A DNA stretch of 33,251 nucleotides. Source: an uncultured bacterium. Lineage in GTDB: Bacteria; Abyssobacteria; SURF-5. This document shows positions 1 through 8,769 of the stretch, piece after piece (the first letter of the stretch is position 1; each line of letters opens with the position of its first letter). The notes under the pieces are model-generated. The model ran no database searches and had not been told where the DNA came from. It was given only the letters and a program-made list of their open reading frames with translations. Made by a program: the position numbers and the translations under genes. The stretch is from the NCBI GenBank assembly GCA_964510165.1, contig CAZEBC010000023.1, positions 1 through 33,251 of the forward strand. The letters are read 5' to 3'.

Positions 1-19
1 CGAAAACGACGGTTTTTTC

Positions 20-48
20 TTGACATTAGGGGTCTCATATGCTAAGAT
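20..48 (+). promoter_or_regulatory. sigma70-type promoter upstream of fhs
   Basis: TTGACA (20-25), 17-bp spacer, TAAGAT (43-48), with extended -10 TG at 40-41. Confidence 0.75.
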
Positions 49-55
49 GCCGATT

Positions 56-180
56 GGCGTGGAGGAACCGTAGTACCTTCCATCCCGAAGTGGTTGCGGA
101 AGTCCCACAACGACTTACCCCGGTCGAGAGGACTCTCTGCATCTCGGTCGTATCCGCTTGTCATCACTTAAGGCGGGAGT
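56..180 (+). promoter_or_regulatory. Structured 5' leader with four consecutive hairpins; candidate cis-regulatory RNA
   Basis: Pairing by eye: 56-65/77-85, 88-99/105-116, 121-129/142-150, 153-159/171-177. No match recognised to a known riboswitch consensus. Confidence 0.3.
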
Positions 181-239
181 ATTGCGAAAAATAAACGGGG
201 CATGTGAGGCGCGAGATTTCAGGAGAAGAGGAGGAACAG

Positions 240-1949
240 ATGGCACCAAAGAAGATGAAGAGCGACATTGAAATAGCGCAGTCTATCAAGCTCAAGCCCA
301 TCGAAGAGATTGCAGCTATGATGGACTTGAAACGGCAGGACCTCGAGCTGCACGGTGACTACATCGCGAAGGTCAAGCTCGAAGTGATCGATCGACTGAA
401 GAAGCGCCCCAACGCAAAATATATTGATGTAACCGCAATAACCCCCACGCCTCTGGGCGAGGGAAAGACGGTCACCACGTTGGGGACCGGACTCGCCTTG
501 AACAAGATCGGCAAGAAGGCAATCATCGCGATACGTCAGCCCTCGATGGGGCCCACCTTCGGCATCAAGGGTGGCGCCGCAGGCGGAGGCTATTCGCAAG
601 CGTTGCCGATGGAAGATTTCAATCTGCATCTGACCGGCGACATCCACGCGGTGAGCATGGCGCATAATCTATGCACAGCGTATCTGGACAATCACCTGGT
701 GAAGGGAAACAAGCTGGGCATCGATCCGTTCACGATCACGTGGAGGCGGGTCATGGATGTGAGCGACCGCATGCTCAGAAACATCGTCACGGGCCTGGGC
801 GGGCGTAATGACGGCATTCCGAGGGAAAGCGGGTTTGACATATCGGTGGCCTCGGAAGTGATGGCTATTCTCGCGCTCACAACCGGCCTGAAGGACATCC
901 GCGAGCGGTTGGCCCGCATCGTGGTTGCCTTCACGAAAGACGGAAAGCCCGTGACGGCGGAGGACCTGAAAGTCGCGGGCGCGATGACGGTGTTGATGAA
1001 GGACGCCATCAAGCCGAACCTGATGCAGACAACCGAGCACACGCCGGTGCTGGTCCATGCGGGCCCATTCGCTAACATCGCGCACGGCAACAGCTCGATT
1101 CTGGCCGACATGATCGGCATCAAATCGTGTGAATATCTGGTGACCGAGAGCGGCTTCGGCGCCGACATCGGGATGGAGAAGTTTCTTAACATCAAGTGCC
1201 GCATGAGCGGGCTCACGCCGGACGCTGTGGTCCTGGTGTGCACGGTGCGCGCGCTTAAAATGCACAGCGGCAAGTTCAGGGTTGTCGCAGGCAAGCCCCT
1301 TGCGCCCGAGCTCTTGCAGGAAAACATTCGGGCCATTGAGGAAGGCATCTGCAACCTCGAGAAACACATAGAGAACGTGAAACTGCACGGGCTTGAGTGT
1401 GTGGTTGCGATCAACCAGTTCGCCACCGACACCAAGAACGAGATCAAATTCATCAAGCAGCGCGCGGAAGCGGCGGGCGCGCTGGCGGCAGTGCCGAGCC
1501 AGGTGCACGCGAAAGGCGGCGAAGGCGGCAGGGAATTGGCGGAGGCCGTGGTCGCGGCTGCGGAGAAGAAGAAGAAGTTCCAATTCCTCTATCCGCTGGA
1601 TATCCCGATTAAACAGAAGATAGAAACCATTGCCACCAAGGTGTACGGCGCGGACGGCGTTGATTACACGCCGCTGGCGAACGAGCAAATTGAGCGTTAT
1701 ACTAAAGCAGGATTTGACAAACTGCCAATCTGTATGGCGAAGACTCACCTGTCGCTGTCGCATGACGCCACGTTGAAGGGTCGTCCGACCGGATTCAGGC
1801 TCCCGATTCGCGAGGTACGCGCATCCGTCGGAGCGGGCTTCCTGTATCCGTTGTGCGGCACGATGAGCACGATGCCAGGTCTGCCCAGCACGCCCGCCGG
1901 CGAAGCAGTGGACATAGCCAAAGACGGCCGCGTGGTTGGGCTTTTTTAG
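240..1949 (+). CDS. fhs: Formate--tetrahydrofolate ligase
   Basis: TPTPLGEGKT, GIKGGAAGGGYSQ, HAGPFANIAHGN, TESGFGADIG and MAKTHLSLS motifs. Start placed at ATG 240 after GAGGAGG; the track starts at GTG 204. Confidence 0.97.
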   Translation: MAPKKMKSDIEIAQSIKLKPIEEIAAMMDLKRQDLELHGDYIAKVKLEVIDRLKKRPNAKYIDVTAITPTPLGEGKTVTTLGTGLALNKIGKKAIIAIRQPSMGPTFGIKGGAAGGGYSQALPMEDFNLHLTGDIHAVSMAHNLCTAYLDNHLVKGNKLGIDPFTITWRRVMDVSDRMLRNIVTGLGGRNDGIPRESGFDISVASEVMAILALTTGLKDIRERLARIVVAFTKDGKPVTAEDLKVAGAMTVLMKDAIKPNLMQTTEHTPVLVHAGPFANIAHGNSSILADMIGIKSCEYLVTESGFGADIGMEKFLNIKCRMSGLTPDAVVLVCTVRALKMHSGKFRVVAGKPLAPELLQENIRAIEEGICNLEKHIENVKLHGLECVVAINQFATDTKNEIKFIKQRAEAAGALAAVPSQVHAKGGEGGRELAEAVVAAAEKKKKFQFLYPLDIPIKQKIETIATKVYGADGVDYTPLANEQIERYTKAGFDKLPICMAKTHLSLSHDATLKGRPTGFRLPIREVRASVGAGFLYPLCGTMSTMPGLPSTPAGEAVDIAKDGRVVGLF

Positions 1950-1984
1950 TGCGCGGCGTTTGTAAGTAAGAGGCGGTACTTGTG

Positions 1985-2533
1985 ATGTCAACAAAGGAGA
2001 TAGCGGAGAGTCGTCTGGACTCGAAGTTGCTTGAGGAAGTGGAGGAGAGGGCGCACACGAAGGTGTCCTCCTGCTTCCAGTGTCTGAAATGCTCAAGCGG
2101 GTGTCCCGTCTCCTACGAGATGGACTATCTCCCCGCCCAGATCATCCGCATGGTGAATCTGGGCATGCTCGACGAAGTTCTCAAGAGTCGCACCATTTGG
2201 GTATGCGCGTCGTGTGAAACGTGCACGACGCGCTGCCCCAATGATATCGACATCGCGCAGGTGATGGACACGTTGCGCGAGATGGCGCTTCGGTCGGGCA
2301 AGGCGGAGCCGGAGGAGAATCTGAGACGTTTCCACGAGGCGTTCCTCTCGGCCATCAAGACGTGGGGACGGGTTCATGAGCTTCAGATGATAGGCGCCTA
2401 CAAGCTCAAGACGCGCCGGTTCATGGAAGATGCCGACATCGGCAAGGAAATGTTCAAGCGCGGCAAGATCAAGCTCCTGCCTGAGCCCATCAAGGGGAGA
2501 AGGGCGGTAAGGAGGCTGTTTAAGAAGACCTGA
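1985..2533 (+). CDS. hdrC: Heterodisulfide reductase-like subunit C (2x[4Fe-4S])
   Basis: CFQCLKCSSGCP and IWVCASCETCTTRCP; directly upstream of hdrB. Start is GTG 1982 or ATG 1985. Confidence 0.92.
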   Translation: MSTKEIAESRLDSKLLEEVEERAHTKVSSCFQCLKCSSGCPVSYEMDYLPAQIIRMVNLGMLDEVLKSRTIWVCASCETCTTRCPNDIDIAQVMDTLREMALRSGKAEPEENLRRFHEAFLSAIKTWGRVHELQMIGAYKLKTRRFMEDADIGKEMFKRGKIKLLPEPIKGRRAVRRLFKKT

Positions 2534-2592
2534 GGGCCGGTTCCGGAACACCCCGCCGGAGCGGCGCGCGATCAGGTTCGTGGGATGATTTC

Positions 2593-3465
2593 ATGAAAGT
2601 AGCATATTATCCAGGCTGTTCCCTCCATGGAACCGCAGAAGAATACGATGAATCCACTCGGATGGTCTGCAGGGCCCTCGGCATAGACCTCGTTGAAGTT
2701 GACGATTGGAACTGCTGCGGGGCCACATCGGCCCACAGCACCAACGACAAGCTCTCCCTTGCATTGGCTGCGCGCAATATCGCTCTGGCCGAGAAATCGG
2801 CCCTCAAGACATTGACGGTTCCCTGCTCGGCATGCTTCCAGCGGCTCAAGGTCGCGGACCATCGCATGAAGGAGAACGAGCAGCTCGCACGCGAGATCGC
2901 GTCGCTGATTGAGATGCCGTACAAGGGCGATATCGAGGTGATCCAGATCATACAGATTCTTGCGCGGCCCGAGACGCTCGATAAAATCAAGGAAAAGATC
3001 GCCAGGCCGCTCAAGGACCTCAAGACCGTTTGTTATTACGGGTGTCTCACGGTGCGCCCACCGAAGGTTACCGGGGTCGCGGATTACGAAGACCCCAGAT
3101 TCATGGATGTCCTGATGGAGGCCGCCGGCGCCGACAACCGGTTCTGGTCGTTCAAGACCGAGTGTTGCAGCGCAGGCCTGACGATGGCGCGCTCGGACAT
3201 CACGAAGCGGCTCGCCGGCAACCTTATCCGGATGGCCGACGAGGCGGGCGGCGAGTGTATGGTGGTGAGTTGTCCCATGTGCCATGCCAACCTCGACACG
3301 CGCCAGGGTGCGTTACTGAAGGAGGGCGGCATCCCGAGAAACATGCCGATCCTCTACGTAACAGAACTTCTGGCGCTGGCAATGGGAATCAAGGAAGTCG
3401 AAAGGCTTTGGAGCAAACATCTGGTGGACCCGCGTCCGCTTCTCGCGTCGAAGGGACTCGCGTGA
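2593..3465 (+). CDS. hdrB: Heterodisulfide reductase-like subunit B (two CCG domains)
   Basis: YYPGCS...WNCCGA...PCSACF and YYGCL...ECCSA...SCPMCH. Confidence 0.93.
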   Translation: MKVAYYPGCSLHGTAEEYDESTRMVCRALGIDLVEVDDWNCCGATSAHSTNDKLSLALAARNIALAEKSALKTLTVPCSACFQRLKVADHRMKENEQLAREIASLIEMPYKGDIEVIQIIQILARPETLDKIKEKIARPLKDLKTVCYYGCLTVRPPKVTGVADYEDPRFMDVLMEAAGADNRFWSFKTECCSAGLTMARSDITKRLAGNLIRMADEAGGECMVVSCPMCHANLDTRQGALLKEGGIPRNMPILYVTELLALAMGIKEVERLWSKHLVDPRPLLASKGLA

Positions 3466-3487
3466 AACCGGTGTGGAGTGAGATAGC

Positions 3488-6400
3488 ATGAGCAGCAAGA
3501 GAAACTCGGGCAACGGCGATGTCGGCCGCCGCGCGAGCGGCGGGGATGTTGTTGGGGCCGTTATGGTAATCGGCGGCGGCATCGGAGGGATGCAGGCCTC
3601 GCTCGATCTGGCGAACGCCGGATTCAAGGTGTACATGGTTGAGAAGAGCCCTTCCATCGGTGGAAGAATGGCTCAGCTTGACAAGACCTTCCCCACGAAC
3701 GATTGCTCGATGTGCACTATCTCTCCGAAGCTCATCGAATGCGACAAGCACCTCAACATAGACCTGCTCACGTACTGCGAAGTGGAGGCCATAGAGGGCG
3801 CGGCGGGAAACTTCAGGGTCCGCGTGAGACAGAAGGCGAAGTCGGTTGACCATAGCAAGTGCACCGGCTGCGGATTGTGTTCGGAAAAATGTCCCACCAA
3901 GGTTGACAGCGAGTTTGACGCCGGGGTGGGCAAGCGCAAGGCCATCTACGTTCCATATCCGCAGGCCGTTCCCAACAAACCTGTCATAGACCGCGAGCAC
4001 TGCATGAAGTTCACCAAAGGCAAGTGCGGTGTATGCCAGAAGAAATGTCCGACTGGCGCTGTTGATTACGAGCAGAAAGACGAAATCCTGAACATCAATG
4101 TGGGCGCCGTCATCCTGGCCCCCGGCTATGACCCGGTGGACGCGAGGGTGAGGCCGGAATACGGATTCGGGCGGTACAAGAACGTCATCACCAGCCTGCA
4201 GTACGAACGCCTCCTGAGCGCCTCGGGTCCGACGCAGGGCCACATCACGAAGCCGTCCGACGGTCAACCCCCTCGCAAAATTGCGTGGATTCAGTGTGTC
4301 GGCTCGCGCGACAAGACCTGCGGCAACGAGTATTGCTCATCGGTCTGCTGCATGTACGCCACCAAAGAAGCCATCATGACCGCCGAGCACGAGAAAGAGG
4401 CGAAGTGCTCCATTTTCTTCAATGACATCCGCGCGTTTGGTAAGGGGTTCGAGCGTTATTATATCGGGGCCGAAAAGGAAAAAGGGGTCCGCTACATTCG
4501 CGGCATCGTCTCGACCGTCCGGGAGCTCCAGCAAACGAAGAACCTGCTGGTCAAATACGCCTCCGACGACGGAGTCGTCAAGGAAGAAGAATTCGATCTT
4601 GTCATACTCTCGATCGGCCTGAAACCCTCGACGGGCACCAAAGAGCTTGCCTCCATTGCGAACGTCGAGCTTGACAATCACGGCTACGCGCGCACGTCCA
4701 CGTTCCGTCCGAACGAGTCGTCGCGAACCGGTGTGTTTGTGTGCGGCGCATTCCTCGCGCCTATGGACATCCCGGAGACCGTGATGACGGCCAGCAGTGC
4801 GGCGGCGGCGGCGGCGGAACTCGTCGCCCGCGAGCGGGGCACGCTCGTCACGCACAAGGAGTATCCGGAAGAACGCGAAGTGGCGGGCGAGGCGCCGAGA
4901 GTTGGAGTTTTCGTCTGCAGATGCGGCACGAACATCGCGCGCGTCGTTGATGTGCCCAAGGTTGTCGAATATGCGAAGACGCTGCCATTCGTCGAGTTTG
5001 CGACCGAAGCCCTGTTTACTTGCTCAAGCGATTCCACGCGGGGCATTGCCGAGGCCATCAAGAAACATAATTTGAACCGCGTCATTGTGGCCGCGTGCAC
5101 TCCGGCGACGCATGAGCCGTTGTTCCAGGACACGCTCCGGGAGGCCGGTCTCAACAAGTTCCTCTTCGAGATGGCCAACATCCGAAACCAGTGCTCATGG
5201 GTGCACGAGGACGCCGAGCTTGCGACCGAGAAGTCAAAGGATTTGGTGCGGATGGCCGTCGCCAGGGCGGTCGCGCTCGAGCCGATCCGCCAGCTTCAGT
5301 CGCCCGTCACGCAAAAGGCGCTGGTGGTCGGCGGAGGCCTGTCGGGTATGACCGCCGCCCTCTCACTCGCGCAACAGGGATTCGAATCGTACCTGGTCGA
5401 GAAATCCGACAAGCTGGGCGGCTATCTGAACCGTCTGCGTTACACGCTCGAGGGCGACGACGTGCAGGCGCGGCTCAAGCGTCTCATCGAAGAGGTTCAC
5501 AACGACCTACGCATCAAGGTGTTGACCAACGCCGAGATTTCCGAATTCTCGGGGCACATTGGCAACTTCCACGCCACGATCAAGACCAAAGACAGGACCG
5601 AGAAGGTGGATGTCGGCGCGGTCATCGTGGCCACGGGCGCGCGCGAATATCAGCCTACTGAGTACCTGTACGGCAAGAGTTCCGACGTGCTCACGCAGCT
5701 CGAACTCGAAGAGCGGATCGCCGACGCTCCCGATACGGTGAAGAACGCGAAAACCATTGTGATGATCCAGTGCGTGGGTTCGCGCGACGACGAGCGCGTG
5801 TACTGCAGCCGTGTCTGCTGCGGACAGGCCGTCAAGAACGCGCTCAAGCTCAAGGAGCTGAACCCCGCCGCCAAGATTTACGTGCTGCATCGCGACATAC
5901 GAACCTATGCGGCAAAGGAACTCGCGTACAAGGAAGCCCGCGAGAAGGGGGTCCTGTTCCTCCGCTATGACCCCGAGCACAAGCCCGGCGCGGTTCTGGC
6001 CAATGGGCAGTTGACCGTCAGGGCGTACGACGCCAGCATCGACGCGACAATTGACATCAAGCCCGACCTGCTTGTGCTCAGCGCCGGAATAGTGCCCCAT
6101 GAGAAGAGCGCCGAGCTCGGCTCGCTGCTCAAGGTCTCTCTCGACCGCGACGGCTTCTTTCTCGAGGCGCACCTCAAGTTGAGGCCGCTGGACTTCGCGA
6201 GCGAGGGCATGTTCCTCTGCGGTCTGGCCCATTCGCCCAAGTATATCGAGGAAAGCATCGCACAGGCCCGTGGCGCCGCTTCGCGCGCGGCGGACATTCT
6301 GTCAAAGACATCTCTCACGGTCGGCGGCATCGTTTCGGTCGTCGACAAAGAGAGATGCGTGGCCTGTCTGACGTGTGTGCGGGTGTGTCCCTATGGAGTG

Positions 6401-6568
6401 CCCGCGTTCTCCGATAAGGAAGGCGCGGTATATATTGAACCTGCCGCCTGCCAGGGATGCGGCATCTGCGCCGGCGCGTGCCCCAACAAGGCGATCGAGG
6501 TACAGCACTACAAGGACCGGCAGGTTATATCGAAATGCCGGGCGCTGTACGAGGCCGTGAAGAGCTGA
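3488..6568 (+). CDS. hdrA: Large two-module HdrA-family flavo-iron-sulfur protein
   Basis: IGGGIGG, QLDKTFPTNDC, inserted 2x[4Fe-4S] domain, QCVGSR..CSSVCC; second module VFVCRCG, RNQCSWVH, VGGGLSG, QCVGSR..CSRVCC; C-terminal ferredoxin domain. Confidence 0.93.
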   Translation: MSSKRNSGNGDVGRRASGGDVVGAVMVIGGGIGGMQASLDLANAGFKVYMVEKSPSIGGRMAQLDKTFPTNDCSMCTISPKLIECDKHLNIDLLTYCEVEAIEGAAGNFRVRVRQKAKSVDHSKCTGCGLCSEKCPTKVDSEFDAGVGKRKAIYVPYPQAVPNKPVIDREHCMKFTKGKCGVCQKKCPTGAVDYEQKDEILNINVGAVILAPGYDPVDARVRPEYGFGRYKNVITSLQYERLLSASGPTQGHITKPSDGQPPRKIAWIQCVGSRDKTCGNEYCSSVCCMYATKEAIMTAEHEKEAKCSIFFNDIRAFGKGFERYYIGAEKEKGVRYIRGIVSTVRELQQTKNLLVKYASDDGVVKEEEFDLVILSIGLKPSTGTKELASIANVELDNHGYARTSTFRPNESSRTGVFVCGAFLAPMDIPETVMTASSAAAAAAELVARERGTLVTHKEYPEEREVAGEAPRVGVFVCRCGTNIARVVDVPKVVEYAKTLPFVEFATEALFTCSSDSTRGIAEAIKKHNLNRVIVAACTPATHEPLFQDTLREAGLNKFLFEMANIRNQCSWVHEDAELATEKSKDLVRMAVARAVALEPIRQLQSPVTQKALVVGGGLSGMTAALSLAQQGFESYLVEKSDKLGGYLNRLRYTLEGDDVQARLKRLIEEVHNDLRIKVLTNAEISEFSGHIGNFHATIKTKDRTEKVDVGAVIVATGAREYQPTEYLYGKSSDVLTQLELEERIADAPDTVKNAKTIVMIQCVGSRDDERVYCSRVCCGQAVKNALKLKELNPAAKIYVLHRDIRTYAAKELAYKEAREKGVLFLRYDPEHKPGAVLANGQLTVRAYDASIDATIDIKPDLLVLSAGIVPHEKSAELGSLLKVSLDRDGFFLEAHLKLRPLDFASEGMFLCGLAHSPKYIEESIAQARGAASRAADILSKTSLTVGGIVSVVDKERCVACLTCVRVCPYGVPAFSDKEGAVYIEPAACQGCGICAGACPNKAIEVQHYKDRQVISKCRALYEAVKS

Positions 6569-6584
6569 GTCGGGGCCGGTTCGT

Positions 6585-6608
6585 CCGCGAATAAATTCGC
6601 ACCTGTAC
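6585..6608 (-). repeat. REP-like palindrome in the hdrA-mvhD gap
   Basis: Minus strand reads GTACAGGTGCGAATTTATTCGC (GCGAAT-N2-ATTCGC arms after a GTA foot). Confidence 0.45.
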
Positions 6609-6643
6609 GATTACGGGATAGTTTCTTGAAGGAGAGTGTGACT

Positions 6644-7120
6644 TTGGAACGGCTGGATTTTGCGCCAAAGATCGTGGCCTTCTGCTGCCAGTACTGCGCG
6701 TACAATGCGGCGGACCTGGCCGGCTCCATGCGGCTGCAATATTCGCCCTACGTGCGCGTGGTTCGGCTTTTGTGCACGGGCAAGATCGACAGCCTCTTCA
6801 TCCTCAAGGCGTTCGAGGAGGGAGCCGACGCCGTTTTCGTCGCCGGGTGCCTGGAAGGCCAATGTCATTTCCTGGAAGGAAATCTCAGAGCCAAGAAAAG
6901 GGTGGAATACACCAAGCAGCTCCTCAAGGAGGCCGGGATCGAGCCTGAGCGGCTGGAGATGTTCAACATGTCCGCCTCGATGGGGCCGAAGTTCGCCGAG
7001 ACCGCCGATGAGATGACGGAACGGGTTCGCAAGCTTGGGCCTAGCCCGCTCAAGAATGGTCGCCACATCGGAAATGTCAAAACCGTGGTGAGGGATGAGG
7101 ACAAGGGAGAGAAGATATGA
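6644..7120 (+). CDS. mvhD: MvhD/FlpD [2Fe-2S] protein
   Basis: AFCCQYCAYNAAD, CTGKID, GADAVFVAGCLEGQCHF. TTG 6644 lies 9 nt after GGAG; the stop overlaps the folD start (ATGA). Confidence 0.92.
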   Translation: MERLDFAPKIVAFCCQYCAYNAADLAGSMRLQYSPYVRVVRLLCTGKIDSLFILKAFEEGADAVFVAGCLEGQCHFLEGNLRAKKRVEYTKQLLKEAGIEPERLEMFNMSASMGPKFAETADEMTERVRKLGPSPLKNGRHIGNVKTVVRDEDKGEKI

Positions 7121-8007
7121 CAGCGAGAATCATAGACGGTAACCAGATAGCCGCCGAGATGCGGGCCGAGATGAAGAAGGAGATTGACGAACTTAAAGCC
7201 AAACACAACCTGGTCCCCGGCCTCGCGGTCGTTCTCGTGGGCGAGAACCCCGCGTCCGTCGTCTATGTTCGCAACAAAAAGAAGTCCTGCGAGGACATCG
7301 GCATCAATTCCATCGAGCACAAGCTGCCCGCCGACACTCCCGAGGACAAGCTGCTGGCGCTCGTTGACAAGCTCAACACCGACGACGCGGTTCATGGCAT
7401 ACTCGTTCAGCTTCCGCTTCCGAAACAGATCGACGAAAACAAAGTGCTCAACCGGATAATCCCGACCAAGGACGTTGACGGGTTCCACCCATTCAACGTC
7501 GGCAGAATGCTTGTCGGCGACCCCATCTTCCTGCCGTGCACACCGCACGGAGTCCAGCAGATGCTCGTTCGCAGCGGCGCGAAGATAGAAGGCAGCCACG
7601 TCGTCGTGCTCGGACGCAGCAACATCGTCGGCAAGCCGGTCGCCGCGATCCTCATGCAAAAGGCCAAGAACGCGAACGCCACCGTCACGATAGCCCACTC
7701 CCGCACCAAGGACCTCGTCAAGGTCACTAACCTTGGGGATATCCTCATCGCCGCTATTGGCGTGCCCGAGTTCGTCAAAGCGGAGATGGTGAGAGAAGGC
7801 GCGGTTGTGATAGACGTGGGCGTGAACCGCGTCGAGGACCCGGCGAAGCCGAAGGGCTTCAAACTTGTGGGCGACGTGGATTTCGACGCAGTGAAGGAAA
7901 AGGCGGGCGCGATATCGCCCGTGCCCGGCGGAGTGGGTCCAATGACCATCACCATGCTGCTCCACAACACGATTCGGGCCGCAAAGGTGAAACACGGGAT
8001 ATCATGA
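7117..8007 (+). CDS. folD: Bifunctional methylene-THF dehydrogenase/methenyl-THF cyclohydrolase
   Basis: YVRNKKK, KDVDGFHP, PCTP, GRSNIVGKP, DVGVNR, PVPGGVGPMT. Confidence 0.97.
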   Translation: MTARIIDGNQIAAEMRAEMKKEIDELKAKHNLVPGLAVVLVGENPASVVYVRNKKKSCEDIGINSIEHKLPADTPEDKLLALVDKLNTDDAVHGILVQLPLPKQIDENKVLNRIIPTKDVDGFHPFNVGRMLVGDPIFLPCTPHGVQQMLVRSGAKIEGSHVVVLGRSNIVGKPVAAILMQKAKNANATVTIAHSRTKDLVKVTNLGDILIAAIGVPEFVKAEMVREGAVVIDVGVNRVEDPAKPKGFKLVGDVDFDAVKEKAGAISPVPGGVGPMTITMLLHNTIRAAKVKHGIS

Positions 8008-8100
8008 ATTGTTATGGATATTACAGTGTGAGATCACTGGTATCCGGTAGAATAAAGCTGTGATTTATTACCCAAAAACCGACGTTGGAGGTAGAAACCA

Positions 8101-8769
8101 GTGATAGTAGGAGAACGAAAACCTCTGGGCGAGATTCAGAACATGCTCAAAGGTTACAAGAAGGTGCTGGTGCTCGGGTGTCGCACCTGCGTCGCGGTCT
8201 GCATGGCGGGCGGCGACAAGGAAGTCGAACTGCTCGGCTCGCTCCTGCGCATATCCGCCAAGAAGGACGGCAGAGACCTCGAGGTTGTTGAGGATTCCGT
8301 CGAGCGGCAATGCGACATCGAGTACATCGAGCCGATACGGGAAAAGGTCGAGGCCTGCGATGCGGTGCTCTCGATGGCCTGTGGCTGCGGCGTGCAGTTC
8401 ATGGCTGAGCTTTACTCGAACAAGCCGTTGCTCCCCGCGATCAACACAAACTTCATCGGGGTTACCGAGAAGGTGGGCCTGTGGACCGAGCGCTGCGCCC
8501 AGTGCGGCAACTGCGTGCTGCATATGACAGGCGGCATCTGCCCGATAGCCCGCTGCTCGAAGTCGCTCCTCAACGGCCCGTGCGGCGGATCGCAGAACGG
8601 CAAATGCGAGATATCTCCCGACGTGGATTGCGGGTGGCAGCTTATCTACGACCGCATGGCGAAGCTGGGGCAGCTCGAGAAGCTCGAGCAGGTCATTCCC
8701 GCCAAGGATTGGACCACCAGCCGCGACGGCGGACCGCGCAAGGTCGTCAGGGAGGACGTGATGATATGA
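8101..8769 (+). CDS. metV: Methylene-THF reductase Fe-S subunit MetV
   Basis: GCRTCVAVC, RQCD, CAQCGNC, GICPIARCSKSLLNGPCGG..CE..CGW; GTG start after GGAGGT; overlaps the metF start. Confidence 0.9.
   Translation: MIVGERKPLGEIQNMLKGYKKVLVLGCRTCVAVCMAGGDKEVELLGSLLRISAKKDGRDLEVVEDSVERQCDIEYIEPIREKVEACDAVLSMACGCGVQFMAELYSNKPLLPAINTNFIGVTEKVGLWTERCAQCGNCVLHMTGGICPIARCSKSLLNGPCGGSQNGKCEISPDVDCGWQLIYDRMAKLGQLEKLEQVIPAKDWTTSRDGGPRKVVREDVMI

Noticed and set aside
56-239. Known ZTP, THF, SAM-I, glycine or cobalamin riboswitch
   Set aside because: Diagnostic conserved segments were not found by eye; kept only as an unknown structured leader pending an Rfam scan
4797-4817. (GCG)n run inside hdrA
   Set aside because: Encodes an Ala-rich helix in frame; too short to suggest phase variation
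3488-7120. Selenocysteine in HdrA or MvhD
   Set aside because: Both frames are uninterrupted and the relevant motifs use Cys codons
8481-8765. N-terminal extension of metF suggesting an overlap or frameshift fusion with metV
   Set aside because: The extension is Arg-rich off-frame sequence; the ATGA overlap at 8766-8769 explains the junction
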